A DNA stretch of 64,000 nucleotides from Narcine bancroftii (taxonomy: Eukaryota). How positions within the stretch are numbered: the stretch's first letter is position 1; each line of letters begins with the position of its first letter. Of the stretch, positions 1 through 13,480 are shown one piece after another. The DNA is taken from assembly GCF_036971445.1 (NCBI RefSeq), contig NC_091473.1, positions 185,194,001-185,258,000 on the forward strand, given 5' to 3'. Under the pieces are notes generated by a model. That model ran no database searches. It worked only from the letters and a program-made list of their open reading frames with translations, and was not told the DNA's origin. The translations under genes and the position numbers were made by a program.

Positions 1-103
1 GTCACCCATTTGATTGTTTCAGGAATCATGTTATTCTCCCACATTCTCAATAGCCCTCAGATTTTACTATTCGACAGCACACTAGCAACATTTGACAAAT
101 CCT

Positions 104-345
104 CTAGAGAGAAATATTATTTATTGAATATTTTATTTCTCATTTGTTCATGCTTCTGGAAAGAGTTTATCCAAAACTATTATTAAACATTTATTTTAAT
201 AAGAAAAAGTTTAACATTACATATGTTGAAAGAAGAGAAAACATGCAGATGTTGTTGAAAATTTTCAATAAATATTTAGTTCGGCCCTCGACTTAGTCCA
301 AGTTTTTAATTTTGGCCCTCCGTGAATTTGAGTTTGACACCCCTG
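104..345. mobile_element. Terminal fragment of a hAT (Charlie-like) DNA transposon
   Basis: Ends in GGCCCTC...TTTGAGTTTGACACCCCTG, the reverse complement of a CAGGGGTGTCAAACTC-type Charlie TIR (330-345), followed by CTCTATTC resembling a Charlie target site. Left boundary approximate. Confidence 0.7.
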
Positions 346-3300
346 CTCTATTCCCACACTCTGTTTCCACCACTCAGTTTCCGCACGTTTGGTCCCCACC
401 TCCGTTTTCCCACCTCTTTCTCTACACCTCTGATTCCCCTCATCTCTTTCCAGACCTCTGCTTCTACCCCTCTGATTCCACCACTTTAAATCCAACCTTC
501 TGTTTCCACACCTCTCTTTCCCCTGCAGTTTCTCCCCCTCAGTATCCACTGCGCTCTTTCCATCCCTGTGTTAACACACGTCTGTTTCCGCACTTCTGTT
601 TCCCCACCTTTGGTCCTCACCTCTCTTTCCAATTATCTCCTTTTCTACACTTCAGTTTCTACCCCTCTGTTTTCAACTCTCTATTTCCCCACTTACGTTG
701 ATAGCCTTCTGTTTCAACACCTTTTACCTCCTCTCTTTTTATAACCCTTTGTTTCCACACCTCTGTTTACAATCCTCTGTATCCCACATCTCTTTCTACC
801 CATCTCTTTCCACCCCTCAGTTTCCAATTCTCTGTCACGTTTGATTCTCCACCTGTTTTTAACCCCTCTGTTTCTATCCCTATGTTTCCAGTCACCTATT
901 TCCAATCCTCTGTTTTTACCTCTTTGTATCCCCACCTCTGTTTCCCCTCAACTGCTCCCCCCTCTGTTTCTCCACCTCTGTTCCCCCCCACTCTGATTCC
1001 ACCCATCTGTGTCCCGACCTGGGTTTATACCCCTCTGTTTCAGCCACCCTGTTACGCCCCTTCCAATACCATTCCACTGTTTCCAACCCTGTGTTAACAC
1101 ACCTCTGTTTCCCGACCTATGTTTCTACCCCACTGTTTCCCCTCCACTGTTTCTACCACTCTGTTTACAAACCCCACTATTTCCCCACCTCTGTTTCTCC
1201 TCCACTGTTTCTACCCCTCTGTTTCCACACCACTTTTCCACACCACTGTTTCCATTGTCTATTTCCACATCTCTGTTTCGATCCCTCCATGTCTACCCCC
1301 CTGTTATTACCCCCATTTTTCCACACCTCAGGTTCCACCCCTCTGTTTCCACCCCTCTGTTTCTGCTCATCTGTTGCTACCCCTCGGTTTCATTACTCTT
1401 TTTGCAGTCCTGTAATTCAACGCAGATATTTCCCAACATTGGATTCTACCCCTCTCTTTCTTCTGTTTCCCAACTTATGATTTTACCCTTCTGTTTCTAC
1501 ACCTCAGGTTCCTCCTCTCTTCTTATATCCATTTTCTTCCACACCTGTTTGCAATGCTCTTTTTATTCACCTCTGTTTCTACCCTTCTGTTTCTTTCCAC
1601 CCCACTGTTTTAACTCCTCTGTTTCCCCACTTTTGCTTCCGCTCCATTATTTCTATCCCTCAGTTTCCACACGTGTGATTCCACCCATCTGTTTATTGAA
1701 CTTTGTTTCCACTCCTCTGTTTCCACCCCTTTGTTTTCACACCTGTTTCCCCTCCACTGTTTCCCCCACTCATTTTTCACAACTCCGTTTCTGCCCTTCT
1801 ATTGTTACCCCTGTTGTTCTCCACCTCTGCTTCCCCTCCACTTTTCTACACCTCGGTTTCCACCACTCTTTTTCTACCCCTCGGTTACTACCCCTCTGTT
1901 TCTACACTGCCGATTCAATCTTGATTCCACCCCTCTGTTTCCTACCTTTTTTTCCCACCCATCTCTTTCTACCACTCTGTATACACAACTCTCTTTCTAT
2001 CCCTCTGTCTCCACCCCTCTGTTACCACTTCTCTGTTTTCACCCCTCTGTTTCCACCCCTCTTTTTCCACAGGTCTGTTTCCAATCACCTGTTTCCCCAC
2101 CTGTTGATACTCCTCTAATTCCACCCCTCTATTTACACTACTCTGTTTACACCCCTTTGTTTCTGAACCTCTGTTTCCCCATCTCTTTCTTCACCCCACT
2201 GATTCCACCCATCTGTTTTTACCCCCCTGATTCCACCACTTTGATTCCAACCCTCTGTTTTCACACTACCCTTTCCCCAGCTCTGTTTCCCCTGCAGTTT
2301 CCACCCCGCTGTTTCCACCCCTGTATTAACACACCTCTGTTTCCACACCTTTGGTTCTCACCTGTGTTTACACTAATCTCTTTTTCTACCCTTCAATTTC
2401 TACCCCTCTGTTTCCAACTCTCTGTTTCCCCACTTATGTTTATCTGCTTCGGTTTCTACACCTGTTTCCTCCTATCTTTTTAACCCCCTTTGTTTCCACA
2501 CCTCTGTTTCCACCTCTCAGTCTCCATTCCCCTCTTACTACCCCTCTGCTTCTCTCCCTTAGTTTCCAACCGTCTGTTTCCACCCCTGTGTTTTCACACC
2601 TGTTTCCCCACCTTAGTTTCTCCACCTCTGTTTCTCCCCCTATATGTTTACCCCTCTATTTGTGGACCCCTGATTCCAAATCGCTTTTTCCCTCCTCTGT
2701 TTCCCCTGCACTGTTTATACTCCTCTGTTTCAACACATATTTTTCCACACCTCTGTTTCCAATGTCTGTTTCCACAATTCTGTTTCGATCGCTCTATTTC
2801 TACTCCTCTGTTTTATCCCTCTGCTTCCACACCTCCGTTTCCACCACTCTGAATTTACTCCTCTGTTTCTACCTCTCTGTTTCCACCCCTCTTTCTCCAC
2901 AACTCTGTCTCCAATCGCCTGTTTCCCCACCTGTTTATACTCCTCTGATTCCACCCCTCTATATACACCCCTCTATTTACACCCCTTTGTTTCTGAACCT
3001 CTGTTTCCCCACCTCTTTCTTCACCCCACTGATTTCACCCATCTGTTTCTACCCCTATAATTACATCACTTTGATTCCAACCCTTTGTTTCCACACCTCT
3101 CTTTCCCTACCGTTGTTTCCCCACCTCGTTTTCCCCTGCAGTTTCTCACCCCTCTTTTTCCATTGCCATTTTCCACACCTCTGTGTGATCCCTTTATTTC
3201 TACCACTCTGTTCCTATACGTGTGCTTCCACACCTCCGTTTCAACCACTCTTAATTGACACCTATGTTTCTACACCTCTGTTCCCACCCCTCTTTTTCCA

Positions 3301-6300
3301 CAACTCTGTTCCCAATCGCCTGTTTCCCCACCTCTTTCTACTCCTCTGATTCTACCCCTCTGTGTACACTCCTCTGTTTCCACCCCTCTGTTTCCCCACC
3401 TATTTTCACAACCTCTTCTTTCACCCCACTGATTCCACACATCAGTCACCCGATCTCTCCTTCTACCACTCTGATTCCACCACTTTGATGCCAACCCTCT
3501 GTTTCCACACCTCAGATTCCCCAGCTCTGTTTCCCGTCAGATTCTACCCCTTAATTACGACCCCGCTGTTTCCACCCCTATATTAACACACCTCTATTTC
3601 CACACCTCCATTTCCCCGCCTTTGGTTCCCACCTCTGTTTACTCTAATCTCTGTTTACTCTAATCTTTTTTTCTACCTTTCAATTTCTACCCCTCTGTTT
3701 CCAACGTTCTGTTTCCCCACTTATGTTTATATGCTTCTGTTTCGACACCTGTTTCCTCCTCTCTTTTTATACCCCTTTCTTTCCACACCTCTGTTTCCAC
3801 CACTCAGTCTCCATTCCCCTCTTTCTACCCCTCTGCTTCTCTCCCTCAGTTTCCAACCCTCTGTTTCCACCCCTGTGTTTCCACACCTCTGTTTCGCCAC
3901 CTTAGGTCCTCCACTTCTGTTTCTCCACCTCTATGTTTACCCCTCTATTTGTAGACCCCTGATTCCAATCCACATTTTCCCTCCTCTGTTTCCCCTGCAC
4001 TGTTTCTTCTCCTCTGTTTCAACACATCTTTTACCACATCTGTTTCCATTGTCTGTTTCCACAACTCTGTTTCGATCGCTCTATTTCTACCACTCTGATT
4101 TATCCCTCTGCTTCCACACCTCCGTTTCCACCCATCTGGATTTACTCCACTGTTTCTACATCTCTGTTTCCACCCCTCTCTTTCCACAACTCTGTCTCCA
4201 ATCTCCTGTTTCCCCACCTGTGTATACTCTTCTGATTCTACCCCACTGTTTACACCCTTCTCTTTCCACCACTCTGTTTCTGCACCTCTGTTTCCCCACC
4301 TCTTTTCCCCACCTCTATTTGCACCCCACTAATTACACCCATCTGTTTCCACCCGCCTGATTCCATCACTTTGATTCCAACCCTCTGTTTCCACACCTCT
4401 CTATCCCCACCTCTGTTTCCCCTCAACTGCTTCCCCCTCTGTTCCACCACCTCTGTTTCCACCCATTTGTTTCCCGACCTGCGTTTGTTTCCTCGGTTTC
4501 AACCACCCTATTTCGCCCCTTCAGTTTCCAACCCCCTGTTTCCAACCCTCTGTTTACACACCTCTGTTTCCACCCCTCTGTTTCTGCACCTCTGTTTCCC
4601 AACCTGAGTTTATATCCCTCTGTTTCAACCACCCTATTTCGACCCCTCAGTTTCCATCCCGCTGTTTCCACCTCTGCATTAACACACCTCTGCTTCCCGA
4701 ACTCTGTTTCCCCTCACTGTTTTTACCTCACTGTTTCCATCCCTCTGATTCAACCCCTCTGTTTCCACTGCTCTGTTTTAATTCCTCTGCTTCCATGCTT
4801 CCGTTTCCACCACTCTGAAATTACTCCTCTGTTTCTACCTCACTGTTTCCATCCATCTATTTCCACAACTTTGTTTCCAATCGCTTGTTTTCCCACCTGT
4901 TTGTACTCTACTGATTCTACCCCTCTGTTTACGCTCCTCTGTTTCCACCACTCTGATTCCCCACCTCTTTTCACCACCTCTTCTTTCACCCAACTGATTC
5001 AACCCATCTGTCTCCTGACCTCTGTTTCTACCACTCTCATTCCACCACTTTGATTCCAACCCTCTGTTTCCACACCTCAGATTCCCCAGCTCTGTTTCCC
5101 GTCAGATTCTATCCCTTAATTACCACCCCGCTGTTTCCACCCCTATATTAACACACCTCTATTTCCACACCTCCGTTTCCCCACCTTTGGTTCTCACCTC
5201 TGTTTGCACTAATCTCTTTTTCTACCCTTCAATTTCTACCCCTCTGTTTCCAACCCTCTGTTTCCCCACTTCTGCTTCTGTTTCTATACCTGTTTCCTCC
5301 TCTCTTTTTATACCCCTTTGTTTCCACACTTCTCTTTCCACCTCAGTCTCCATACCCCTCTCTCTACCCCTCTGCATCTCTCCCTTAGTTTCTCCACCTC
5401 TGTTTCTCCACCTCTATGTTTACCCCTCTATTTGTAGACACCTGATTCCAATCCGCTTTTTCCCTCCTCTGTTACCCCTGCACTCTTTCTACTCCTCTGT
5501 TTCCACCCCTCTCTTTCCACAACTCTGTTTCCAATCGCCTGTTTCCCCACCTCTTTATACTCTTCTGATTCTACCCCTCTGTTTACACCCTTCTCTTTCC
5601 ACCACTCTGTTTCTGCACCTCTGTTTCACCACCTCTTTTCCCCACCTCTATTTGCACCCCACTAATTACACCCATCTGCTTCCACCCGCCTGATTCCATC
5701 ACTTTGATTAAAACCTTCTGTTTCCACACCTCTCTATCCCCACCTCTGTTTCCCCTCAACTGCTTCCCCCTCTGTTCCTCCACCTCTGTTTCCACCCCTC
5801 TGATTCCACCCATTTGTTTCCCGACCTGCGTTTGTTTCCTCGGTTTCAACCACCCTATTTCGCCCCCTCAGTTTCCAACCCCCTGTTTCCAACCCTGTGT
5901 TAACACCCCTCTGTTTCCAACTCCCTATTTCTGCACTTCTGTTTCCCCACCTCATTTCCCCACCTCTATTTGCACCCCATTGATTCCACCCATCTATTTC
6001 CCGACCTCTGTTTCTACCCCTCTGATTCCATCACTTTGATTCCAACCTTCTGTTTCCATACCTATCTATCCCCACATCAGTTTCCCCTCAACTGCTTCCC
6101 CCTCTGATCCTCAACCTCTGTTTCTACTCCTCTGATTCCATCCATTTGATTCCAGACCTTCGTTTGTACCCTCGGTTTCAACCATCCTCTTTCGCCCCCT
6201 CAGTTTCCAATTTCTTGTTTCCAACCCTGTGTTAACACACCTCTGTTTCCACACTTCTATTTCCCCAACTTTAGTTCTCACCTCTGTTTCCTCTCCTCTC

Positions 6301-9300
6301 TTTTTCTATCCTTCAGTTTCTACCCCACTGTTTCCAACCCTCTGTTTCCCTACTTATGTTTATACGCTTTTGTTTCAACACCTTTTACCTCCACTCTTTT
6401 TATAACCCTTTGTTTCCACATTTGTTTCCAATCCTCTGTTTACCCTCCTTTATTTCTACCCTTTTGTTTCTACCCTTCTCTTACCACCTTTGTTTCAACA
6501 CGTGTTTCACTCCAGTTTCTAGCCCTCTGTTTCCACCTCTCAGTTTCCATTCCTCTGTTTCTACCCCTCTGCTACTCTCCCTCAGTTTTCAACCCTTTTT
6601 CCACCCCTGTGTTTCCACACATCTGTTTCCCCACCTTACTTTCTCTTCTGTTTCTCCACCTCTATTTTTACCCCTCTGATTGTATCCCCCATTTTCCAAT
6701 CCTGTTTCCCACCTCTGTTTCACCTGCACTATTTCTACTCCCCTGTTTCCACACCTTTTGCCACACTGCTGTTTCCATTGCCTGTTTCCGCATCTCTGTT
6801 TCAATCCCTCTATTTCTACCCCTCAGTTACTACCCCTCTGTTTCCACACCTCAGTTTCCACCCCTCTGTTTCCACTCATCTACCCTTCTGTTTCACTCCT
6901 CTTTTTGCAGCCCTCTAATTCCACTCAGATATTTCGCAACATTGGATTCTCCAACTCTCGTTCTTCTCTGTCCCCACTTCTGATGTTACTCTTCTGTTTC
7001 TACGCCTCAGATTCCTCCTCTCTTCTCATTTCACTTTGTTTCCACACCTCTGTCTCCAATCCTCTATTTATTTACTTCTGTTTCTACCCTTCTGTTTCTA
7101 CACTTCCACCCCTTTGTTTTCCCACCTCTGTTTCCCCTCCACTATTTATACCGTTCATTTGACCCAACTTTGTTTCTGCCCCTCTGTTACCACCCCTTTG
7201 ACCCCACCCAATTTCCACCACTCTGTTTCTTCCCCTCAGTTTCCATCTCTCATTTCCACCTCTGTGTTGCCAAAACTCTATTTCCCCACCTCTGTTTCTC
7301 CATCTCTGTTTTTCCACCTCTCTTTCTAGCCCTGTTTCCAGCCCCTGTTTCCAATCTTATGTTTCAGTGCCTCTGTTTTTACTTCTCTCTTTCCACCCTT
7401 CTGATTCCACCCATCTCTTTTCCGACCTTTCTTTCCACCCTCTGTTCCTTACCCACTGATTCCACCCTTCCCTAAGTAATGCTGTATCCCCACCTCTGTT
7501 TTTCCTCCATGTTTCCACTTCTCTGTTTCCACTTCTTTGTTTCCACCCTTTTGTTCTCCCACCTCTGCTTCCGCTCCACTGTTTCTACCGATCGTTTCAC
7601 ACGACTGTTTCTGCACCTCTGTTTCAACCCCTCTGTTTCTCCCCCTTAGTTTCCACCCCTCTGTTTCCTCCCCTCTGTTCCACACCCCTGTTTCAACCCC
7701 TACGTTTCCAGACGTCCGTTTCCACTCCTCTTTTTCCAGTCCTATGTTTCCAGACCCCTCTGTTACCACACCTTTGTATCCACCCCTCTGTTCCTACCCC
7801 TCAGTTTCCAACCCTCTGTTTCCACCCCACTGATTCCACCCCTCTGTTTCAAACCCTCTGTTTCTTCCACTCAAGTTTCCAACTCTCCGGTTCCATCTCT
7901 GTATTTCCACACTGGTTTCCCCACCTCAGCTTCTGCATCTCTGTTTTTACCCCTCTGTTTCAAGACCTATGATTCCAGACCCTGTTTCCAATCCTCTGTT
8001 TCAGCCCCTCTGTTTCTACCTCTCAGTTTCAATCCCTCTGATTTCATCCATCTGTTTCCCGACCTTTATTTCCACCCCATTACCTGTTTCCACGTCTCTG
8101 TTACCACCCCTTTGTTATCCCACCTCAGTTTACCATCCACTGTTTCCACCGCTCTTTTTACACAACTCTGTTTCTGCATCTTTGTTTCCACCCCTCCGTT
8201 TCCACCCCTATGTTTCCCGACATCTGTTTCTGCCCCTCCGTTACCACCCCTCTGACTCCACCCCTCTGTTCCCACTCCAGAGTTTCCACACCTCTGTTTA
8301 CGCTCCACTGTTTCTTCCCCTCTGCTTCCAGCCCTCTGTTTCTACACCTCTGATGCCAGCCCCTGTTTTCAATCCTCTTTTTCAGCCCCTCTGTTTATAC
8401 CTCTCTGTTTCTGCACCTCTTTCTTCACACCCCTGTATCCCTTCCTCTGTTTCCCCTCAACTGTTTCCCTTTCTGTTTTTCTACCTCTGTTTCCATGCCT
8501 CTGATTCAACCCATCTGTTTCCCGACCTCTATATCGACCCCTCTGTTTAATCTCTTCTATTTCTACCCCTCTGTTACTATCCCTCTCTTTCCACAACTCA
8601 GTTTCCACCCCTCTGTTTCCTCACCTCAGTTTCCACCCCTCTGTTTCCACACCTCAATTTCCACCCCCTCTGATTCCACACCTCTGCTTCAAATCGACTG
8701 ATTCCCCACCTCAGTTTCTCCTCCACTGTTTCTACCTCTCTGTTTCTATCCCTCGGATTCCAATCCTCTGTTTCCACACCACTGTTTCCACCCATCTGTT
8801 TCTAAAACTCTGTTTCTACACATCTGTTTCCAATCCTCTGTTACAGCCCCTCTGTTTCTACCTCTCTGCATTCTCACATCTGTTTCCCCAGAACCGATTC
8901 CCCTTTCTGTTTCTCCACTTTTGTTTCCACCCCTCTAATTCCACAGCACTGTTTCTAATCATGTTTTCACACCTGTTTCCACCCCTCTGTTTCCACTCCT
9001 GTGTTTCCATCCCTCTGTTTCCACACCTCTGTTTACCCTCCACTGTTTCTACCCATATGTTATCACCCATCCGACACCACCCCTCAGTTTCCAACACTAT
9101 GTTTCCGCACCTTTTATCCATATTCTGTATCTCCACATCTGTTTCTCAACCTCTGTTTTAACCCTCTGATGAAAGACCTCATTTTCCAATCCTTTGTTTC
9201 AGTCCCTCTGCTTTTCTACCTCTCTGTTACCACAGCCCTTTGTTCACACTTCAGTATCCCCACCTCCGTTTCCCCCCAGCTCTTCCCCCCTCTCTTTCTC

Positions 9301-11932
9301 CACATCTGTTTCTACCACTCTGACTCCACCCATTTTTTTCACGACCTTTGTTTCAACCCCATTGTTTCTATCCATTGTTTCCACCCTTGTTTACAATGCT
9401 CTATTTCACCACCTCTGTTTCAACTCATTTATTACTACCCCTCGGTCTCTAATCTTCAGTTTCCCCACCAATGTTACTACCCCTCTGTTTCTAATCCTGT
9501 TTCCTCCACTCTATTCCCACTCCTCTGTTTCAACCCATTTGTTTTCCCACCTCCGTTTCTACCTCTTTTATTACACAACTCTGTTTCTCCCCCTCTGTTA
9601 TCACCCCTCTGACTCCTCCCCTCTGTTTCTACTCCACTGTTTCAACTCCTCTGTTTCTACCCCTATGCTTCCACACCTCCGTTTCACATCAGTTTCCATC
9701 CCTCTGAATTTACTGCTCTGTTTCTACCTCTCTATATCCAAACTCTTTTTTCCACCCCTCTGTTTCCAATCGCTTGTTTTCCCACCTCTGTTTCTAACCC
9801 CATGGTCCTACCCCTCTAATTTCACTCCGCTGATTGCTCACCTCTGTAACCCCACCTGGGTTTCCCCCGCTCTGTTCCTCCACCTCTGTTTCGATATCTC
9901 TGATACCACTCATCTGTTTCCCGACCATTGTTTCTACCCCTCTGTTTCTACCCCTCTCTTTCCACTCCTCTGTTTCCAGTGCTCTTTTTCCCAACCCTTG
10001 TTTCTTCCCCTCTGTTTGACTATTATGTTTCTATTCCACTGTTCCCCCCTTCTGTTTCACCACCTCTGTTTCCCATCCACTCTTTCTTCCTCTCCTTTTC
10101 CAAACCTTTATTTAAAATCGCCTATTTCCCCACCTCTATTTCGCCACCTCTGATTCCAGGACTCTGTTTGCACCATTATATTTCCACCCCTCTGTTTCTA
10201 CCCCACTGTTTCCATCCTTCTCTCCCAATCCTCTGTTTCTCCACCTTTCTTTCAACCCATCCGTTTCCAGCCCTCTGTTTCCCCACTTATATATTTACTC
10301 TTCTGTTTCTGCACCTCTGTTTCTTCCTCTCTTTTAATTCCACTTTGTTTCCACACTAATGTTTCCAATCCTCTTTTCTCGACCTCTGGTTCTAGCCTCT
10401 GTTTCTAACCTTCCCTTTCAACCCTTCAGTTTCAACACATGTTTCCCCACCGTTGATACCGCTCCACTTTTTCTACCCCTCTGTTTCCACCCCACAATTT
10501 CCATCGCACTGTGACCCGACCTCAGATTCCCCTGCAGTGTTTCTACCCCTGTGTTTCCCCACCTATGTGTTCACGACTCAATTTCTGCACCTCTGTTCCC
10601 TCCACTCATTTTCTACCCTCTCTTTCCACCCATCGGTTTCCACCCCTCGGATTTCCCACCTCTGATTCTAGTCCTCTCTTTAAACGTCACAGCTTCCACC
10701 CCTCTGTGTTTCCACACCTCTGTTTATCGTCCTTTGAATCTCCACCTCTGTTTTAACCTCTCTGTTTCCACCCCTCAGTTTCCACCCCTATGATTGAACC
10801 CCGCTATTTCCATTGCTCTGTGACCCTACCTCTGTTTCTCCTGCACTGTTTCTATCCCTCTGTTTCAACCCCTCACTTAGTATAAATCTCTTTCCACGCC
10901 TCTGTTTCCCCACCTATGTTTTCATCCATCTATTCCTACACCTCTGTTTCCCCTCCACAGTTTCAACCTCTCTGTTTCTACCCCTTTTTTCAACATCTCA
11001 GTTAATACCAATCAGTTTCCACTTCTCTATTTCCACACCTATGCTTCCACCCCTCTATTTCTACACCTGTTTCCTTCACTCATTTTCTACCCTATCTTTT
11101 CACCCGTCTGTTTCCACCCTTCTGTTTCCACACCTCCGATTCTAGTCCTCCCTTCCCCTACACTGCTTCCACCAATCTGTTCCTACCCTTCTGTTTCCAG
11201 CCCACTGTTCCACCCCTTTGTTTACTCATCTCTGTTTCCACACATTTGTGTACACACCTCTGGTTCTACTCCTCGTTTCCACTCCTCTGTTTCCCCACCT
11301 TCCTTTCTTAACATTTGTTTCCATCCTTTTGTTTCCACACCTCTGTTTCCACACCTCTGTTTCCTCAACTTTGTTTCTATTCCCCGGTTTCGAATCCTGT
11401 TTCCCCACCTCTGTTTCTAAACCTTTGTTTCCACCACTCTGTTTCCACACCTCTGTTTACTCGACCTCTGCTTCCATCCCTCGGTTTCTACCCCTCTGAT
11501 TCCACCCATCTCTTTCCGGCCCTCTGTTTCCCATCTCTATTTCCCCTCCGCCATTTCTACCACTCCGTTTACATAACTCTGTTTCTACCCATCTGTTACC
11601 ACCCTCCTGACACATCCCTCTGTTTCCACCACTCTTTTTCTCCCCTTCAGTCTCCAAACCTCTCTTACCACCCCGGTGCTTTCACACCTCTGTTTATCGT
11701 CCTAGTCTCCCAACCTCTCTTTCAATCCCTCTGTTTCCACCCGTCTATTTCCACCCCTCTGATTTCACCAACCTGATTCCCCACCTCTGTTCCAACCTCT
11801 CTATTTCTACCTCTCTTTTTCCAGATATCTTTTTCACACCTGTTTCCATCGCCTGTTTCCCAACCTCTGTTTCTCTCCCTCTGATTCTACACATCTGTTT
11901 CCATCTCTCTGATTCCACGCCTCTTTATCCTC
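346..11932. repeat. Degenerate pyrimidine-rich satellite, ~14-bp monomer (CTGTTTCCACCCCT), with higher-order block duplications
   Basis: Hundreds of variants of CTGTTTCCACCCCT with strong C/T strand skew. Diagnostic blocks recur, e.g. TATTAACACACCTCT...TTTGGTT near 2325, 3581 and 5146, and CTAATTACACCCATCTG near 4329 and 5662. Confidence 0.97.
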
Positions 11933-12041
11933 GTAACGTGGGTGTGGAGCCGTGACCCGAGTTACACTCAGATTGGACAGAATTGTCACAGGGCGCTGTG
12001 TTCGAAACATGGGATTTCCCCCCAACGTGGGCAGAGTGTCA

Positions 12042-12262
12042 GTAACACACTGCCCTGGTAACCGGTCATTTCGGCCCACGAGTCGGTGCCGCCCAATTAA
12101 CCTACGCACCCGCTATGTTGCGAACGGTGGGCGGAAACTGGTGTCACCGTGGAAAATAAAAGGAGACATCGGGAGAACGTCCGAATCCTTTCATACACGA
12201 CGAGATTCGAAATCTGGTCACGATCATTGGCGCTGTATAATCTCGTTGCCCTAACTGCTGTA
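12042..12262 (-). mobile_element. tRNA-derived V-SINE (HE1-like), upstream of GPCR copy 1
   Basis: Reverse complement of the V-domain (GGTGGGCGGAAACTGG...GGGAGAACGT) and of the B box (GATTCGAA). Homologues lie upstream of every GPCR copy. Confidence 0.75.
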
Positions 12263-12757
12263 TCAAAGCAGCCGCCTTTGTGTATCACTCCTGTTTCCTG
12301 CATAAATGGTTTTGAATTATATTTATTTATCCCTTTGGACTCATAGGGGTTTTCAGTGACGACCAACAAGCTCATCTACTTCGCGTCTCCGTTTTCCGGG
12401 ACTGGTTATTCACCCAAGCAGCTACCGCTTCGAACTGGTGTACGTGCTGTCGTTTACCCAGGGGCCTTGTCTGGAGTAGATATCATGAAAGGTTAGAAAT
12501 GACCAGCATGAAAACGTTAAACCTGAATATCGAAATCAACCGAACCAGCTTTCTTATTAGTGCCTCTGAACGCATGCCACACAAGGATAATTTTCATAAT
12601 TCCCTTCAAAGAACATTACAAACATTAATATATATTCCCCTGATGTGCAAAATCAGTTACACAGCTGCACTCGGATTAAACAAAATCTCTGAAATTGTTG
12701 TTCAGTGGGTTGTTTCTTGCAACACAGACTCCTGGTCTCAGCAGACTTGGCTTCACT

Positions 12758-12765
12758 TATATAAG
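12758..12765 (+). promoter_or_regulatory. TATA box of GPCR copy 1
   Basis: TATATAAG 58 bp upstream of the ATG. The same position reads TGTATAAAA in copy 2, TGTATAAA in copy 5 and TGTCCAAG in dead copy 3. Confidence 0.5.
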
Positions 12766-12815
12766 AGTGGGTGAAATACCTCAGCAGTACCGCCGATCGC
12801 TGCTTCACAAGGGTC

Positions 12816-12885
12816 ATGGGCTATCCAGCCATTTACCATATAACCAGGATTTACTACCCGCTACTTGTCGCGGTTGGAATCCCTG
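12816..12885 (+). CDS. GPR139-like class A GPCR copy 1, coding exon 1 (MGYPAIYHITRIYYPLLVAVGIP + 1 nt)
   Basis: ATG at 12816, 70 nt, phase-1 donor G|GTAAG. The YYP..GIP TM1 motif and intron position match the GPR139 gene structure (YYS..GLP|ANIL). Confidence 0.88.
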
Positions 12886-13270
12886 GTAAGATACTGGGGT
12901 TGGATCCGTGTGGTTCGGTTTAAGTTACTCTTGCCCTTGTCCACATCTCGCCAGGACACCCAGCACAGATGCTGCCTCGTGGGTTCTGACTTTATTCCAT
13001 GATGGTTGAGTTTCTTCTGCAGGTTTACGCATTGTCCAATTTCTCTTAATTTTAATTGTATTTTATTCGGTTTGGGTCCTGTTCATATTTACAATCACAG
13101 TGGTAAAATTGGTGTACATATTAACATCGTTCCCACATTTACTTTGATGCAGTTTCCATCGCATTACTGACAATTTATTTTTATATCCAGGTGCCCTTTG
13201 ATAACGATCAAATATTTAACAACAGCAAGACGATATTTACTGCCTAATTTCCGCCCATCAGAGCGATATA

Positions 13271-13480
13271 GGGCGGATCGGTCCGCGCACTGCTTTTACA
13301 GAGCCAGCGATAGCGGCCGGGGGGTTCGAATCCCGCGCTGTCTGTATGTTCTCCCCGTGTCTGGGCGGGTTTTTCCCGGGGCTCAGGTTTCTTTCGACTG
13401 TTCAGAACGCATCGGGGTTGTAAGTTAATTGCCCGTAAATTCAGCGGCACGGCCTGCAGGACAAAATGGCCACTTGCAGC
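13271..13480 (+). mobile_element. V-SINE (HE1-like) in the intron of copy 1
   Basis: B box GGTTCGAATCC and V-domain TGTATGTTCTCCCCGTGTCTG...GGTTTC. Homologues at about 19803-19990, 24516-24725 and 30326-30535. Confidence 0.8.

Noticed and set aside
265-11776. Many long ORFs (up to 369 aa) rich in P, L, F, S, C and H
   Set aside because: Translations of the 14-bp satellite; the C/T-rich strand rarely contains stop codons.
13315-13340. tRNA gene suggested by GGTTCGAATCC
   Set aside because: It is the B box of a SINE head; no cloverleaf, and it is followed by the V-SINE domain.
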